DNA of 41,294 nucleotides. It comes from Betaproteobacteria bacterium TMED41 (GTDB lineage Bacteria > Pseudomonadota > Gammaproteobacteria > Burkholderiales > Burkholderiaceae_A). Under the pieces are notes generated by a model. The model worked only from the letters and a program-made list of their open reading frames with translations, was not told where the DNA came from and did not search any database. The position numbers and the translations under genes are program-made. This document shows positions 1 to 10,009 of the stretch, in pieces (position 1 is the stretch's first letter; every line of letters starts with the position of its first letter). The stretch spans positions 1-41,294 of the forward strand of contig NHCU01000024.1 in NCBI GenBank assembly GCA_002167365.1, in the 5' to 3' direction.

Positions 1-37
1 TGAAAGGATTCTCTGGAGCAGAGAGGGGTATTTATTT

Positions 38-142
38 TAAAAGTGGGGGATTTAATCCAAGTTTTATTATTTTTTTCTAAAATTACTTCTCAAAAAAACG
101 TGAGCTACATAAAGAAAATTGACAATTGAAAAGCGGGGGATT
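38..142. repeat. Two copies of AAAAG(T/C)GGGGGATT (39-52 and 129-142) exactly 90 nt apart in non-coding DNA; a third G5 run lies at 145-149
   Basis: Read directly: 13 of 14 positions are identical. G5 runs are conspicuous in this A+T-rich DNA. No ORF covers the region. Confidence 0.6.
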
Positions 143-183
143 ATGGGGGCAAATTTATTTTGCAAAATTTAAGATTAGACAAA

Positions 184-228
184 ACTCCTTGAATAACAGT
201 AATATAGTGTTAAGAAGATTCAAGGAGT
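184..228 (-). terminator. Perfect 11-bp inverted repeat (ACTCCTTGAAT / ATTCAAGGAGT) with a 23-nt loop, 43 nt downstream of the ssrA 3' end; possible ssrA terminator or processing stem-loop
   Basis: Arms at 184-194 and 218-228 are exact reverse complements. On the minus (ssrA sense) strand the stem is followed by TTTGTCTAAT. The loop is larger than in a canonical intrinsic terminator, so the function is uncertain. Confidence 0.4.
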
Positions 229-271
229 GATAACCACCAAACTTGTCTAAGTCATTGATTTATAACAAAAA

Positions 272-639
272 TGGTGGAGCCGGCGGGAATCGAACCCGCG
301 TCCGCAAGACTTCCAAAGGCAGTTCTACATGCGTAGTCAATTGTCGCAATTTTAATTTGATATTAAGTCAATTGACAAACTCATATCAAACGATCCGCTA
401 AGTTTAGGTAACAAAACCACGGCGTTCCTATTACCGATCTAATGTAAATGACACTGCCGTAAGCTTTTACTTACCTAGTCCATCAGAAAACTAGTGCAGC
501 GCTCGCTTGCTATTTAAGCTGCGAGAGCAAAACGCTCGTCGTTGGCGTTTATTTTTTTCCGAAATGGATTAACGAGGTAAATCGGTCCTCGGCATGCCCT
601 ACACTTCTTCTTGACCCACGTCGAAACCATGTCGGCCCC
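272..639 (-). ncRNA. ssrA: tmRNA (SsrA), one-piece
   Basis: Minus-strand 5' GGGGCCGACAUGGUUUCGACG and 3' GGACGCGGGUUCGAUUCCCGCCGGCUCCACCA form a tRNA-Ala-like acceptor stem with the G3-U pair and a T-arm. An internal tag frame is present. Confidence 0.95.
514..546 (-). other. tmRNA tag-peptide reading frame GCC AAC GAC GAG CGT TTT GCT CTC GCA GCT TAA = ANDERFALAA*
   Basis: Translated by hand from the minus strand. The resume codon GCC is preceded by AAAUAAAC. The AND..ALAA pattern is the proteobacterial proteolysis tag. Confidence 0.85.
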
Positions 640-679
640 ATATAATTAATATACTCCTTTTAAACAATTAATCACTAAA

Positions 680-1438
680 TTAACAATTTTTAATATTAAG
701 TAAGGACTCAATTTCTTCAGAGGTAAATACTACCTCATCGGCTTGCCATTTATTAGCTTCAGTTCTTTCAACAAACGTTTCAAATGCAACTCCTATTGTC
801 CAGCATCCAGCGTTGAAACCACTTTGAATGTCTCTGGGATCATCTCCAATATAAACAACAGCTTGAGGTTTGAGCCCTAAATTTTTTATAGCCAGTTGTA
901 CTGGTGCCGGATGAGGTTTACAAAAGTCTGTAGTATCTCCACAAACTAATGTTGAACAACGATCAAAAAGTTTTAAACCTTTGATAATGGGTAACGTGTA
1001 TTTTTCATGCTTATTTGTTACGATACCCCATAAAATTTTATTTTTTTCTAAGGTTGTAATAAGGTTCTCCATTCCTGGCATAAAGTCTGTTGTTTCTAGC
1101 AAAGACTCCTCATATTTAGCAAGAAATTTCATCCTCAAATCCTCATAGCTGGGATCATCCCATTTTATTCCCAATGCTACTTCTATCATGCCCCTAGCAC
1201 CTCGAGAAGTATGGGGTCTGAGAATTTTTAGTGGCAAAGGAGCTAAATTTTTTTCAGCCCGCAAAGCATTTGCAGCTAATCCCAAATCTCCGGCTGTATT
1301 TAATAAAGTACCGTCAAGGTCAAAAAACACAGCTTTATTCTTGAATAGTGACCAATTTTGATACCAATCATTTCTGGGTGTGGGCTCTGGCCATTCAGAT
1401 TGTTGAAGGTCAGGATTTTTAGAGTGGTTAATGTTCAA
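680..1438 (-). CDS. gph: HAD-superfamily phosphoglycolate phosphatase-like hydrolase
   Basis: Motifs FFDLDGTLLNT, GIVTNK, KPHPAP and YIGDDPRDIQSG. Sits downstream of ubiG as in betaproteobacteria. The only in-frame start is TTG at 1438, so the start is less certain. Confidence 0.8.
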   Translation of the reverse strand: MNINHSKNPDLQQSEWPEPTPRNDWYQNWSLFKNKAVFFDLDGTLLNTAGDLGLAANALRAEKNLAPLPLKILRPHTSRGARGMIEVALGIKWDDPSYEDLRMKFLAKYEESLLETTDFMPGMENLITTLEKNKILWGIVTNKHEKYTLPIIKGLKLFDRCSTLVCGDTTDFCKPHPAPVQLAIKNLGLKPQAVVYIGDDPRDIQSGFNAGCWTIGVAFETFVERTEANKWQADEVVFTSEEIESLLNIKNC

Positions 1439-1455
1439 GAGCTACCATTGTGGGG

Positions 1456-2163
1456 TCATTTAGTGAAGGCAAGAATATAATTTACATCAGTGTCATCACA
1501 TAAACGATAAACCTTTGTAAAGGGATTGTAGGTCATACCAGTTAGCTCAATTAGGTTTAAATTTAGATCTCGAGCAACACGAATTAATTCGGAGGGCTTG
1601 ATAAACTTTTTATACTCATGAGTACCCTTAGGCAGTAATCTCAAAACGTACTCAGCTCCAACAATTGCAAACACAAAACTCTTCAAATTTCTATTGATGG
1701 TTGAGCAAATTAGTATTCCAGTTGGTTTTAATAGTTTGGAACAGGCTAGTATTTCTTTTTCCGGACACGGGACATGTTCAAGCATTTCCATGCAAGTAAC
1801 AACATCATATTTTTCATTTTCAGTCTCTGCCAGTTCGGCGGACGAAATTAATTGATAATTTACTGAACTTTTAACAGCTTTTGCATGTATTTTAGCTACA
1901 TTTATAGACTTTTCGGACAAATCGATACCCTTGACTAAAGCACCTTTTGTTGACATACTTTCTGCAAGAATTCCTCCTCCACATCCAACATCGCAGACTG
2001 TTTTGTTTTCTAAACCTCCGACAATATTGTTGATCCAAGTTAATCGAAGAGGATTTATATCATGAAGAGGTTTGAACTCGCTTTCGGGGTCCCACCACCT
2101 CTGAGCAAGACTACTAAATTTTTCAATTTCAGCTGAATCAACGTTAGATGCAGTTTTATTCAT
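1456..2163 (-). CDS. ubiG: Bifunctional 3-demethylubiquinol 3-O-methyltransferase / 2-polyprenyl-6-hydroxyphenol methylase
   Basis: N-terminal RWWDPESEFKPLHDINPLRLTWI and the SAM motif DVGCGGGILAES. ATG start with AAGGGAAAAAG upstream. Confidence 0.9.
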   Translation of the reverse strand: MNKTASNVDSAEIEKFSSLAQRWWDPESEFKPLHDINPLRLTWINNIVGGLENKTVCDVGCGGGILAESMSTKGALVKGIDLSEKSINVAKIHAKAVKSSVNYQLISSAELAETENEKYDVVTCMEMLEHVPCPEKEILACSKLLKPTGILICSTINRNLKSFVFAIVGAEYVLRLLPKGTHEYKKFIKPSELIRVARDLNLNLIELTGMTYNPFTKVYRLCDDTDVNYILAFTK

Positions 2164-2200
2164 CTTTTTCCCTTACTTAGAACTATGAGAGTGACAATTT

Positions 2201-2875
2201 TTATTCAAGTTCAATAAAAACTCTTCGATTTTGAGCTCGCCCCTCTCTAGTCCCATTATCGGCAATGGGCTTACTTTCACCAAGTCCTGTGCTGGTGATT
2301 TTATTTTTTGTAACACCGTTGTTTGTTAAGTAGTTTTCAACGGATTTGGCTCTTTTGACTGAAAGCTGGATATTATAGTTAGTACCCCCCAATGAATCTG
2401 CATGTCCCAAAATATTTATCATTCTAAAGGCTACCTTTTCGGCTCTTTGAATGAAGTTATCAAGTTGAAGTTTGGCTGATTTTGTAATGATGTGTTGATC
2501 AAAATTAAACTTTATTTCAGTGGATATTTTTTCGGAGGTAGAGATAGTCTGATCGTTTGAGTCATTTGAAGGGGTAATGTCTTCAATTTCACTATCAACA
2601 GCAAGTTCATCATCAACTTTGGATAGATCTGTTTGTTCATCAGAAACAAATTTATTAAATCCGCATTTGTCCTTGATTTCTTTTTGTGATGGTGACCCAG
2701 AACGAACACAATTACCAAAGTCATCATGAATCACATTGACATTAGAATCAAATGCGAACCCAGACTGATTGTTTTGAGCGTTTAATACGGGGTGAAAAAG
2801 CGCAACAAAAAAAAGCAAGAAAAAAATATGGCCATTGGTTTTAATAAGCTTTGAAACCGGAAGTTTTATTTTCAT
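2201..2875 (-). CDS. OmpA-family (OmpA/MotB C-terminal domain) envelope protein with signal peptide and acidic linker
   Basis: C-terminal GHADSLGGTNYNIQLSVKRAKSVENYL...NRRVFIELE. The signal peptide starts at MKIKLPVSKLIK...LNAQ. The track start at 2920 is a TTG, and the ATG at 2875 fits the signal peptide better. Confidence 0.8.
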   Translation of the reverse strand: MKIKLPVSKLIKTNGHIFFLLFFVALFHPVLNAQNNQSGFAFDSNVNVIHDDFGNCVRSGSPSQKEIKDKCGFNKFVSDEQTDLSKVDDELAVDSEIEDITPSNDSNDQTISTSEKISTEIKFNFDQHIITKSAKLQLDNFIQRAEKVAFRMINILGHADSLGGTNYNIQLSVKRAKSVENYLTNNGVTKNKITSTGLGESKPIADNGTREGRAQNRRVFIELE

Positions 2876-3011
2876 TTTATATATTTTTTGGTTGTTAATT
2901 TTATTGTTTAATTCTAACAAAATTTGCTATTTTTCTCTGAGATTTTAATTTGCTACAGGTAGTACAATAGAAACGAAAAGTATTAAAACCTAAAATTCTC
3001 ATTAATAAGCC

Positions 3012-5639
3012 ATGATACAAATAGCCCGCCAGACTTTACCAGTTAGTTTAGAACAAGAAATGCGCAAGTCCTACCTTGATTACGCCATGAGTGTGATTGT
3101 GGGTAGAGCACTTCCTGATGTGAGGGATGGCCTCAAACCAGTTCACCGAAGAGTTTTATACGCCATGCGTGTCCTAGGTAATGATTGGAACAAGCCTTAT
3201 AAAAAATCAGCTCGGGTTGTTGGGGATGTTATCGGTAAATACCACCCCCACGGAGATTCCGCAGTTTACGACACAATTGTTAGAATGGCTCAGTCTTTTT
3301 CATTGAGATACCAGTTAGTTGATGGACAGGGTAATTTTGGCTCTGTTGATGGCGATAATGCTGCCGCGATGAGATACACAGAAATTCGTCTATCTAAAAT
3401 TGCACATGAAATCTTAGACGATTTAGATAAAGATACAGTAGATTTCGGACCAAATTACGACGGATCTGAAAATGAACCTTTGGTATTGCCAGCCAGAATT
3501 CCTAATTTGTTAATTAATGGTTCATCAGGAATTGCAGTTGGAATGGCTACAAATATTCCTCCTCATAATATTTGCGAGGTTGTCAAAGGCTGTATAAAAA
3601 TTTTAGATTTCCCTGAGGTGTCAGTTGAAGAGTTAATGGAAGTAATTCCTGCTCCTGACTTTCCTACTGCTGGAATAATTTATGGAATAAATGGGGTCAG
3701 AGAGGGATACAGGACTGGTCGCGGTAAAGTCATTATGCGAGCTAAAACCCACTTTGAATCTATAGATAAATCATCAAGAGAGGCAATTATTATTGATGAA
3801 TTACCATTTCAAGTTAATAAAAGAAGTTTACTTGAAAGAATAGCTGAACTTGTCACCGAAAAAAAAATTGAGGGTATTTCTGATATCAGAGATGAATCAG
3901 ACAAATCCGGCATGAGAGTGGTTATCGAGTTAAAAAAAGCTGAGGTACCTGAGGTAATTTTAAACAATCTTTATAAAACAACCCAATTACAAGATACTTT
4001 TGGAATGAACCTTGTTGCTTTAATTGACGGTCAACCTAAAACGATGAATTTAAAGGAAATTCTGTCTGCATTCATCAATCATCGAAGAGAAGTAATTACC
4101 AGAAGGACTGTTTTTGAATTAAATAAGGCTAGAGAGAAAGGTTTTTTACTGGAGGGTCTAGCCATAGCAGTTACAAATATGGACGAAATTGTAAATTTGA
4201 TTAAATTATCTAATACCCCCGCAATTGCAAAAGAAGAATTGCTTTCTAAGATTTGGAACCCTGGTTTAGTTCGAGATTTGTTAAAAAGAGCAATGAAATC
4301 GACTGTGGTTGAGGCTTTCAGGCCAATAGATACACCCTCAGGGTGTGGATTGAGCGACGCGGGTTATAAACTATCTGAAAAACAAGCCACAGAAATTCTT
4401 CAGATGAGGTTGCAAAGGTTAACTGGATTAGAGCAAGAAAAAATAGTCAAAGATTTTCAAGAAATTATCGAACAAATTGCCGATTTACTGGATATCCTTG
4501 CTAGTCCTGAGAGAATATCTAATCTTATGAGAGATGATTTTCATAAGATCAACAATGACTATCAAGATGAAAGAAAATCGGTAATCCAAGAAAATGCTGA
4601 AGAACTCCAAACAGAGGATTTGATTACTCCACAAGATGTAGTTGTGACCTTTTCCAATACTGGATACGTCAAAAGTCAGCCTATCTCAGAATATACCTCT
4701 CAAAGAAGGGGTGGCAGAGGAAAACTTGCCGCATCGACAAAAGAGGATGACTGGATTGAAAGAATTTTGATTGCTAATACTCACAATACACTACTGGGTT
4801 TTACCACTCGTGGGCGAGTTTATTGGATGAGGGTTTGGGAAGTGCCTAAGGGCTCTCGATCTTCAAGAGGTAGGCCTATAATTAATTTTTGGCCTTTGGA
4901 AGATGGAGAGAGAGTAACCACTGTGTTGCCCGTAAAAAGTTTTGATGAAAATAGATATGTTTTTATGGCAACTAACTTGGGTACTGTGAAAAAAACTTCT
5001 CTTTCTAAATTTGCTCGGCCAATGAAGAGAGGAATTATAGCTGCTGCCCTTGATGATGGAGACACTCTGATAGGGGCAACTATCACTGATGGCAATCAAG
5101 ATATAATGTTGTTTTCCACATCGGGCAAAGCCGTTCGTTATTCAGAGTCTGATGTGAGGCCAATGGGCCGTGGGTCAAGAGGGGTTCGAGGCATGCTTTT
5201 GGATAAAAATCAAAGAGTAGTCAGCATGTTGTCAGTTCCCAATAATTACGATCAAGATCTCTCAAACTTAGTTGATAAAACTGTATTTATTGCTACTCAG
5301 AATGGCTTTGGTAAAAGAACCTCATTAAGAGAGTTCACTCGTTACTCTAGAGGGACTAAGGGAATGATTTGTATCAAAACTAGTCCAAGAAATGGATTGG
5401 TTGTCGGTGCTTGTTTAGTGAGTGCAACTGATGAATTGATGCTAATCGCCAACAATGGTGTGTTAGTTCGCTTCAGGGTTGATGAGGTTCGCGAAATGGG
5501 CAGATCTACTCAAGGGGTGCGGCTTATTTCTCTTGATAATGGAAGTTTACTGACAGGTTTTCAATCATTTTCTGAACCTGACTTAAACAAATCTAGTGAT
5601 AATCAACTTTCAAAGATTATTGATGAACCAAAAAAATAA
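3012..5639 (+). CDS. gyrA: DNA gyrase subunit A
   Basis: [44 protein letters not shown], the QRDR region [14 protein letters not shown], and C-terminal beta-pinwheel repeats. Confidence 0.97.
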   Translation: MIQIARQTLPVSLEQEMRKSYLDYAMSVIVGRALPDVRDGLKPVHRRVLYAMRVLGNDWNKPYKKSARVVGDVIGKYHPHGDSAVYDTIVRMAQSFSLRYQLVDGQGNFGSVDGDNAAAMRYTEIRLSKIAHEILDDLDKDTVDFGPNYDGSENEPLVLPARIPNLLINGSSGIAVGMATNIPPHNICEVVKGCIKILDFPEVSVEELMEVIPAPDFPTAGIIYGINGVREGYRTGRGKVIMRAKTHFESIDKSSREAIIIDELPFQVNKRSLLERIAELVTEKKIEGISDIRDESDKSGMRVVIELKKAEVPEVILNNLYKTTQLQDTFGMNLVALIDGQPKTMNLKEILSAFINHRREVITRRTVFELNKAREKGFLLEGLAIAVTNMDEIVNLIKLSNTPAIAKEELLSKIWNPGLVRDLLKRAMKSTVVEAFRPIDTPSGCGLSDAGYKLSEKQATEILQMRLQRLTGLEQEKIVKDFQEIIEQIADLLDILASPERISNLMRDDFHKINNDYQDERKSVIQENAEELQTEDLITPQDVVVTFSNTGYVKSQPISEYTSQRRGGRGKLAASTKEDDWIERILIANTHNTLLGFTTRGRVYWMRVWEVPKGSRSSRGRPIINFWPLEDGERVTTVLPVKSFDENRYVFMATNLGTVKKTSLSKFARPMKRGIIAAALDDGDTLIGATITDGNQDIMLFSTSGKAVRYSESDVRPMGRGSRGVRGMLLDKNQRVVSMLSVPNNYDQDLSNLVDKTVFIATQNGFGKRTSLREFTRYSRGTKGMICIKTSPRNGLVVGACLVSATDELMLIANNGVLVRFRVDEVREMGRSTQGVRLISLDNGSLLTGFQSFSEPDLNKSSDNQLSKIIDEPKK

Positions 5640-5680
5640 ATTTCCGTTTTTTTTTTATAACTCTAGGAAAGAAAATATTT

Positions 5681-6787
5681 ATGTTTCGGCCTTACAATTT
5701 TGGCCCTGGTCCAGCTCAGTTACCTGATGTTGTTCTAAATAAAGCTTCGAAAGAGTTGTTCGATTGGAATAATTCAGGAATGTCGCCAATGGAATTAGGA
5801 CATAGAGGTAGCGACTTCAAAAAAATAATTGAAAAATGCTTAGCTAATGCATCTGAACTTCTAAATTTACCCTCAACCCATAGATTGTTGTTTATGCAGG
5901 GCGGAGCAAGAGCTCAAAATGCCATTATCCCAATGAATCTTCTAAATGAAAGACGATTATGTGATTTCGTTGTTACCGGTTATTGGTCAGAGCAAACCGC
6001 TCGAGAAGCGCTGAAGTATGGAATTACAAATATTTCAGCTTCTTCAGAAGGCGAATTTGTTTCTATTCCTTCAACTTCTTCATGGCTTGTAAATAAAAAA
6101 ACTAGTTATATTCATATTTGTTCCAATGAAACGGTGCACGGAGTGGAGTTCTTCGAATGGCCAAATTTAACTTCAATAGAGAGAGAAAATATTCCATTAG
6201 TAGTAGATATGTCGTCAAATATTTTAAGTAAGCGTATGGATTTTACAAAGATTGGTCTAGCTTACGCGAGTGCTCAAAAAAATATCGGACCAGCTGGGCT
6301 AACTTTAGTTATTGTAAATGAAGAGCTTTTGCAAGATCGAAGTAACAGGGGCCTTGGAATTTGTCCAACGGTATTTGACTACAGAAATTTAATAAAAACC
6401 AATTCCCTTTATAATACCCCTCCTACATTTTCAATTTATGTTGCAGGTCTAATGTTTGAATGGCTAAAGGAGAAAGGTGGGGTTGACGAAATTGAAAAAA
6501 TAAATTTAGAAAAATCTAAGTTAGTATATGAGACACTAGATTCAAGTGATTTTTATCAAACATTCGTATCTGTGAAATTTAGGTCAAGAGTTAATATTCC
6601 TTTTTTTCTTCCGAACAAGCAGCTGTATAACTTTTTTATTGAAGGAGCAAAAAAACGGGGACTTATAAATTTGAAAGGACATTCAGCTGTGGGAGGGTTA
6701 CGAGCGAACCTATATAATAGTATGCCCATAGAGGGAGTAAAGGAGCTTGTCAATTGGTTGAAAGAATTTGAGATTAATTACGGATGA
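5681..6787 (+). CDS. serC: Phosphoserine aminotransferase
   Basis: YNFGPGPAQLPDVVL and SAQKNIGPAGLTLVIV (PLP lysine region). Position is gyrA-serC-pheA. Confidence 0.95.
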   Translation: MFRPYNFGPGPAQLPDVVLNKASKELFDWNNSGMSPMELGHRGSDFKKIIEKCLANASELLNLPSTHRLLFMQGGARAQNAIIPMNLLNERRLCDFVVTGYWSEQTAREALKYGITNISASSEGEFVSIPSTSSWLVNKKTSYIHICSNETVHGVEFFEWPNLTSIERENIPLVVDMSSNILSKRMDFTKIGLAYASAQKNIGPAGLTLVIVNEELLQDRSNRGLGICPTVFDYRNLIKTNSLYNTPPTFSIYVAGLMFEWLKEKGGVDEIEKINLEKSKLVYETLDSSDFYQTFVSVKFRSRVNIPFFLPNKQLYNFFIEGAKKRGLINLKGHSAVGGLRANLYNSMPIEGVKELVNWLKEFEINYG

Positions 6788-7905
6788 AACCTGAAGAATT
6801 AAAAAACTATCGTGATCAAATAGATGATATTGATGACCAATTAATCCACTTACTTGTAAAGCGAGCTGGTTTTGTTAAACAAGTGGGAGAGAGAAAAAAA
6901 TTAGCTAATCTACCTGTTTTTCGCCCAGAAAGAGAGGTGGCAATCATTGAAAGAATGTGCAAAAAGAACAAGCAACTATCAGGGTTTTTAGCTGACAATT
7001 CGATTGCAACAATATGGCTTGAGATTATATCTGGTTGTAGAGCGTTAGAAAGGAAAATAGAAATTTCTTACCTTGGCCCCTCAGGAACGTACAGTGAATT
7101 AGCAGCTCGTACCCTTTTTGGGCATCAGGTAATTTTACATCCCTATGATTCTCTTGAGGAAGTTGTAAGAGTCGCTGAAATAGGTAAAACTGATTTAGCG
7201 TTGATTCCAGTTGAGAATTCTACGGAGGGAACAGTTGGTAGATCCCTTGATCTGCTTCTTAAAACATCCTTGCCAATTTCTGCTGAACTTTCGATTCCAA
7301 TCCATCATTTATTGCTTCGAAAAGTTGACTCTTTGAACCAGATTGAAAAAATAGTTGCTCACGGACAGTCTTTATCACAATGTCAAAATTGGCTTGATGA
7401 AAACTTGCCTAACATCCCACGAATTGCTGTTGAGAGTAATGGTAAAGCAGCAAAATCCGCAACTAAGGACTCTAGTATAGTTGCAATAGCAGGTCACCTA
7501 GCGGCTAAAAAATATGATTTAAAAGTTTTAGCTAATAGAATTGAAAATGATTCAGCAAATAGAACTCGTTTCGCTGCGCTGGGAAATTTTACTCCTGATT
7601 CTTGTGGAAGTGATCAGACATCATTGATCTTGTCTGTCCCTGATAAAGCTGGTGCTATGTTGTCATTAATTAAACCTCTAGCTCAACATGGGGTTTCAAT
7701 GAAAAGATTCGAATCTCGTCCTTTTAGAAAGAGCTCTCAATTGTCTTGGGAATATTATTTTTATCTGGATATTGATGGACATGAGTCGGATCCTGCCGTA
7801 TCGAAAGCACTTAAAGAAATTAGAGAAAGAGCCGGTTTTTTTAAGAATCTGGGTTCATACCCGAGGTTTGAAAAACTGGGTTTACCATCTGACTGGCCCA
7901 AATAA
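6784..7905 (+). CDS. pheA: Bifunctional chorismate mutase / prephenate dehydratase (P-protein)
   Basis: The CM domain (LKNYRDQIDDIDDQLIHLLVKRA) is followed by a PDT domain (ISYLGPSGTYSELAA, NRTRFAALG) and a C-terminal ACT domain (ESRP). The ATG overlaps the serC TGA (ATGA). Confidence 0.93.
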   Translation: MKPEELKNYRDQIDDIDDQLIHLLVKRAGFVKQVGERKKLANLPVFRPEREVAIIERMCKKNKQLSGFLADNSIATIWLEIISGCRALERKIEISYLGPSGTYSELAARTLFGHQVILHPYDSLEEVVRVAEIGKTDLALIPVENSTEGTVGRSLDLLLKTSLPISAELSIPIHHLLLRKVDSLNQIEKIVAHGQSLSQCQNWLDENLPNIPRIAVESNGKAAKSATKDSSIVAIAGHLAAKKYDLKVLANRIENDSANRTRFAALGNFTPDSCGSDQTSLILSVPDKAGAMLSLIKPLAQHGVSMKRFESRPFRKSSQLSWEYYFYLDIDGHESDPAVSKALKEIRERAGFFKNLGSYPRFEKLGLPSDWPK

Positions 7906-7914
7906 AGTTTTATA

Positions 7915-9072
7915 ATGAATTTCACTTCAAAACAAGCAGTCCCATGGATTAAGAATTTAGAACCTTACAATGGCGGCAAGCCTATAAGTGAGATAGCCTC
8001 GAGATTAAATTTGAGTGAGCATCAAATAGTTAAATTAGCCTCCAATGAGAATCCTCTTGGAATGAGTCCAAAAGTAAAACTAGCAATAAGTCAGGAGTTG
8101 CAAAAAGTTAGTCGTTATCCCGATGGGAATTGTACAGTCCTAAAAAAAATGATTAGTAACTTTCATGGAGTCAGTTCTGATCAAATTTTTTTAGGTAATG
8201 GTAGTAATGATGTTCTAGACTGTTTGGCAAGAACTTTTTTAAGGAAAGGAGTTTCCGCTGTTTATAGTAAATACTCCTTTGCTGTATATGGTTTGGCGAC
8301 AATTTCCTCCGGTGCTAATTCGATAATTGCTCCTGCTACAGAAAATCTTGAGCACAGCCTTAGCGCTTTTATTTCCAGTATATCGGGTGATACTAGAATG
8401 ATTTTTATTGCTAATCCTAATAACCCAACTGGGTCCTATATCAAAGAGAATGAAATTAGAAGTTTTTTGAGACATGTAGATAAATCCATTTTAGTCGTGC
8501 TTGACGAAGCATATTGTGACTATCTCGAAGGCACAGATTTTACAAATTCCATTCAATTGCTTAAAGATTACTCGAATTTATTTATTACCAGATCTTTTTC
8601 CAAGGCTTATGGTCTTGCCGGACTTCGGGTGGGCTATGGAATTGGCAATAAAGATATTGTTAGTGTTATGAATTCAATAAGACAACCATTTAACGTTAAT
8701 TATCTCGCTCAGATTGCGGCTATCACTGCTTTGGAGGATCAGGATTTTATAATCAAAAGCAAGCTTCTTAATAAGCAAGTTATGAGAGAACTAATTGATG
8801 GATTATCAACATTTGGAATAAGATGTCTTTCCTCTAGGGGTAACTTTGTTTTGGCAAATATTGGTGAAAATTTTAAGTTAGAAAATGAACCAGCTGGCGT
8901 GAAACTTTTTGAAAGTTTATTAAGTTTAGGGGTAATAACTAGACCTGTGAGAAATTATGATCTGGCTGACTGGCTAAGAATCTCTGTAGGTACGCAGGAA
9001 GAGAATAGAGATTTTTTAAATATACTCCCGCAGGCCCTAGATTTAATGGCAAAAGACGATAACTCTAATTAA
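7915..9072 (+). CDS. hisC: Histidinol-phosphate / aromatic aminotransferase (class II PLP aminotransferase)
   Basis: KLASNENPLG, NPNNPTG and SFSKAYGLAGLRVGY (PLP lysine). Position is between pheA and tyrA. Confidence 0.85.
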   Translation: MNFTSKQAVPWIKNLEPYNGGKPISEIASRLNLSEHQIVKLASNENPLGMSPKVKLAISQELQKVSRYPDGNCTVLKKMISNFHGVSSDQIFLGNGSNDVLDCLARTFLRKGVSAVYSKYSFAVYGLATISSGANSIIAPATENLEHSLSAFISSISGDTRMIFIANPNNPTGSYIKENEIRSFLRHVDKSILVVLDEAYCDYLEGTDFTNSIQLLKDYSNLFITRSFSKAYGLAGLRVGYGIGNKDIVSVMNSIRQPFNVNYLAQIAAITALEDQDFIIKSKLLNKQVMRELIDGLSTFGIRCLSSRGNFVLANIGENFKLENEPAGVKLFESLLSLGVITRPVRNYDLADWLRISVGTQEENRDFLNILPQALDLMAKDDNSN

Positions 9073-9086
9073 TATTTTGATTAATT

Positions 9087-9995
9087 ATGTTTAATAAAAT
9101 GATTGTTCTTGGTTGTGGTTTGATTGGATGTTCGATTGCGGGAGCAGCCAAACAAAAAAAAATAGCAAAACAAATTATCGGAATTGAAACTCAAAATATT
9201 AATTATGTTAAAAAATTAAGTTTTTTTGATGAAATAAAAAATTCAATTCTTGAGGTTGACAACGCTGACCTGGTTTTGATATGCACTCCAATTGCAAGTC
9301 TAAGTCAAATTTTTGGAGATCTGATATATCAACATTCTTCCAGAAAATACGGTCTTGTAACAGATGTTTTTAGTACTAAAAAAAGCCTTTTAAATTTAAT
9401 TTTTAAACTTAGTACTCCGGAAAAGATCTCCTTTTACGAATCTTTTCTCTCTAGCCACCCACTTGCAGGGTCTGAAAAAATTGGGGCAGTTGCTGCGAAT
9501 GTTAAATTGTTTGAAAATTCTAAAATTCTCATTTGTCCCTTTGATTATGGGAATGAATTTGGTGAAGTAAGAAAAAAAGAATTAATTAAACAAGAACAAA
9601 AAAAAATTTTGGTATTAGAAAGTTTTTGGAGTTCTTTGGGAGGTATTCCAAAAATTTTACCGATCAGCCAACATGATCTTTTATTTGCTGGTGTAAGTCA
9701 TTTTCCTCATTTGGTCTCATTTTGCTTGGCATTAATCCTTTCCAGATCACAATTCTCGTCACAAGCTTTGTCACTTCACGGGGGAGGCTTAAGAGATACA
9801 ACAAGAATAGCGGGAGCATCTCCAGATTTATGGGCAGATATAATCTATGATAACAAGGATCAAGTTCTTGATTTGATTATGGAGTGGTCAGTTAACTGGA
9901 ATGAGTTGGCTAACGCGTTACGAAATTCAGACAAAGAAAAACTAATTAAACTTTTGCACGAAGCCTCCAGCTGGAGAAATAGCTTTGAAAAATAA
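9087..9995 (+). CDS. tyrA: Prephenate dehydrogenase
   Basis: N-terminal Rossmann fold IVLGCGLIGCSIAG, plus SSHPLAGSEK and SHFPHLVSF. Synteny pheA-hisC-tyrA-aroA. Confidence 0.8.
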   Translation: MFNKMIVLGCGLIGCSIAGAAKQKKIAKQIIGIETQNINYVKKLSFFDEIKNSILEVDNADLVLICTPIASLSQIFGDLIYQHSSRKYGLVTDVFSTKKSLLNLIFKLSTPEKISFYESFLSSHPLAGSEKIGAVAANVKLFENSKILICPFDYGNEFGEVRKKELIKQEQKKILVLESFWSSLGGIPKILPISQHDLLFAGVSHFPHLVSFCLALILSRSQFSSQALSLHGGGLRDTTRIAGASPDLWADIIYDNKDQVLDLIMEWSVNWNELANALRNSDKEKLIKLLHEASSWRNSFEK

Positions 9996-10009
9996 CTTAG
10001 ATCTTTTTT

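Noticed and set aside
14-19. TGGAGC matching part of the tmRNA 3' end, as a possible att remnant
   Set aside because: The match is only 6 nt with no extension on either side, which is expected by chance.
144-164. Sigma-54-like TGGGGGC-N-TTTTGCA
   Set aside because: The GG-to-GC spacing is off by about 2 nt relative to TGGCAC-N5-TTGC, and no downstream gene is visible.
2876-2920. Longer N-termini offered by the ORF track: ompA-like (2920, TTG), lapA (14140), lapB (14345), hemJ (21335), proA (22612)
   Set aside because: The extensions overlap the upstream gene or precede an obvious signal peptide or a conserved N-terminus. Downstream ATGs (2875, 14188, 14417, 21302, 22579) give N-termini that match the families.
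4820-5099. Two minus-strand ORFs (91 and 78 aa) inside gyrA, and similar short ORFs inside serC, pheA, hisC, aroA, murJ, rpsT, proA, holA, leuS, uvrD, mutS, trmJ, cysE, lpxH, cysS, accA and tilS
   Set aside because: All are fully contained in confidently identified genes, have no independent signals, and have the size expected by chance in A+T-rich DNA.
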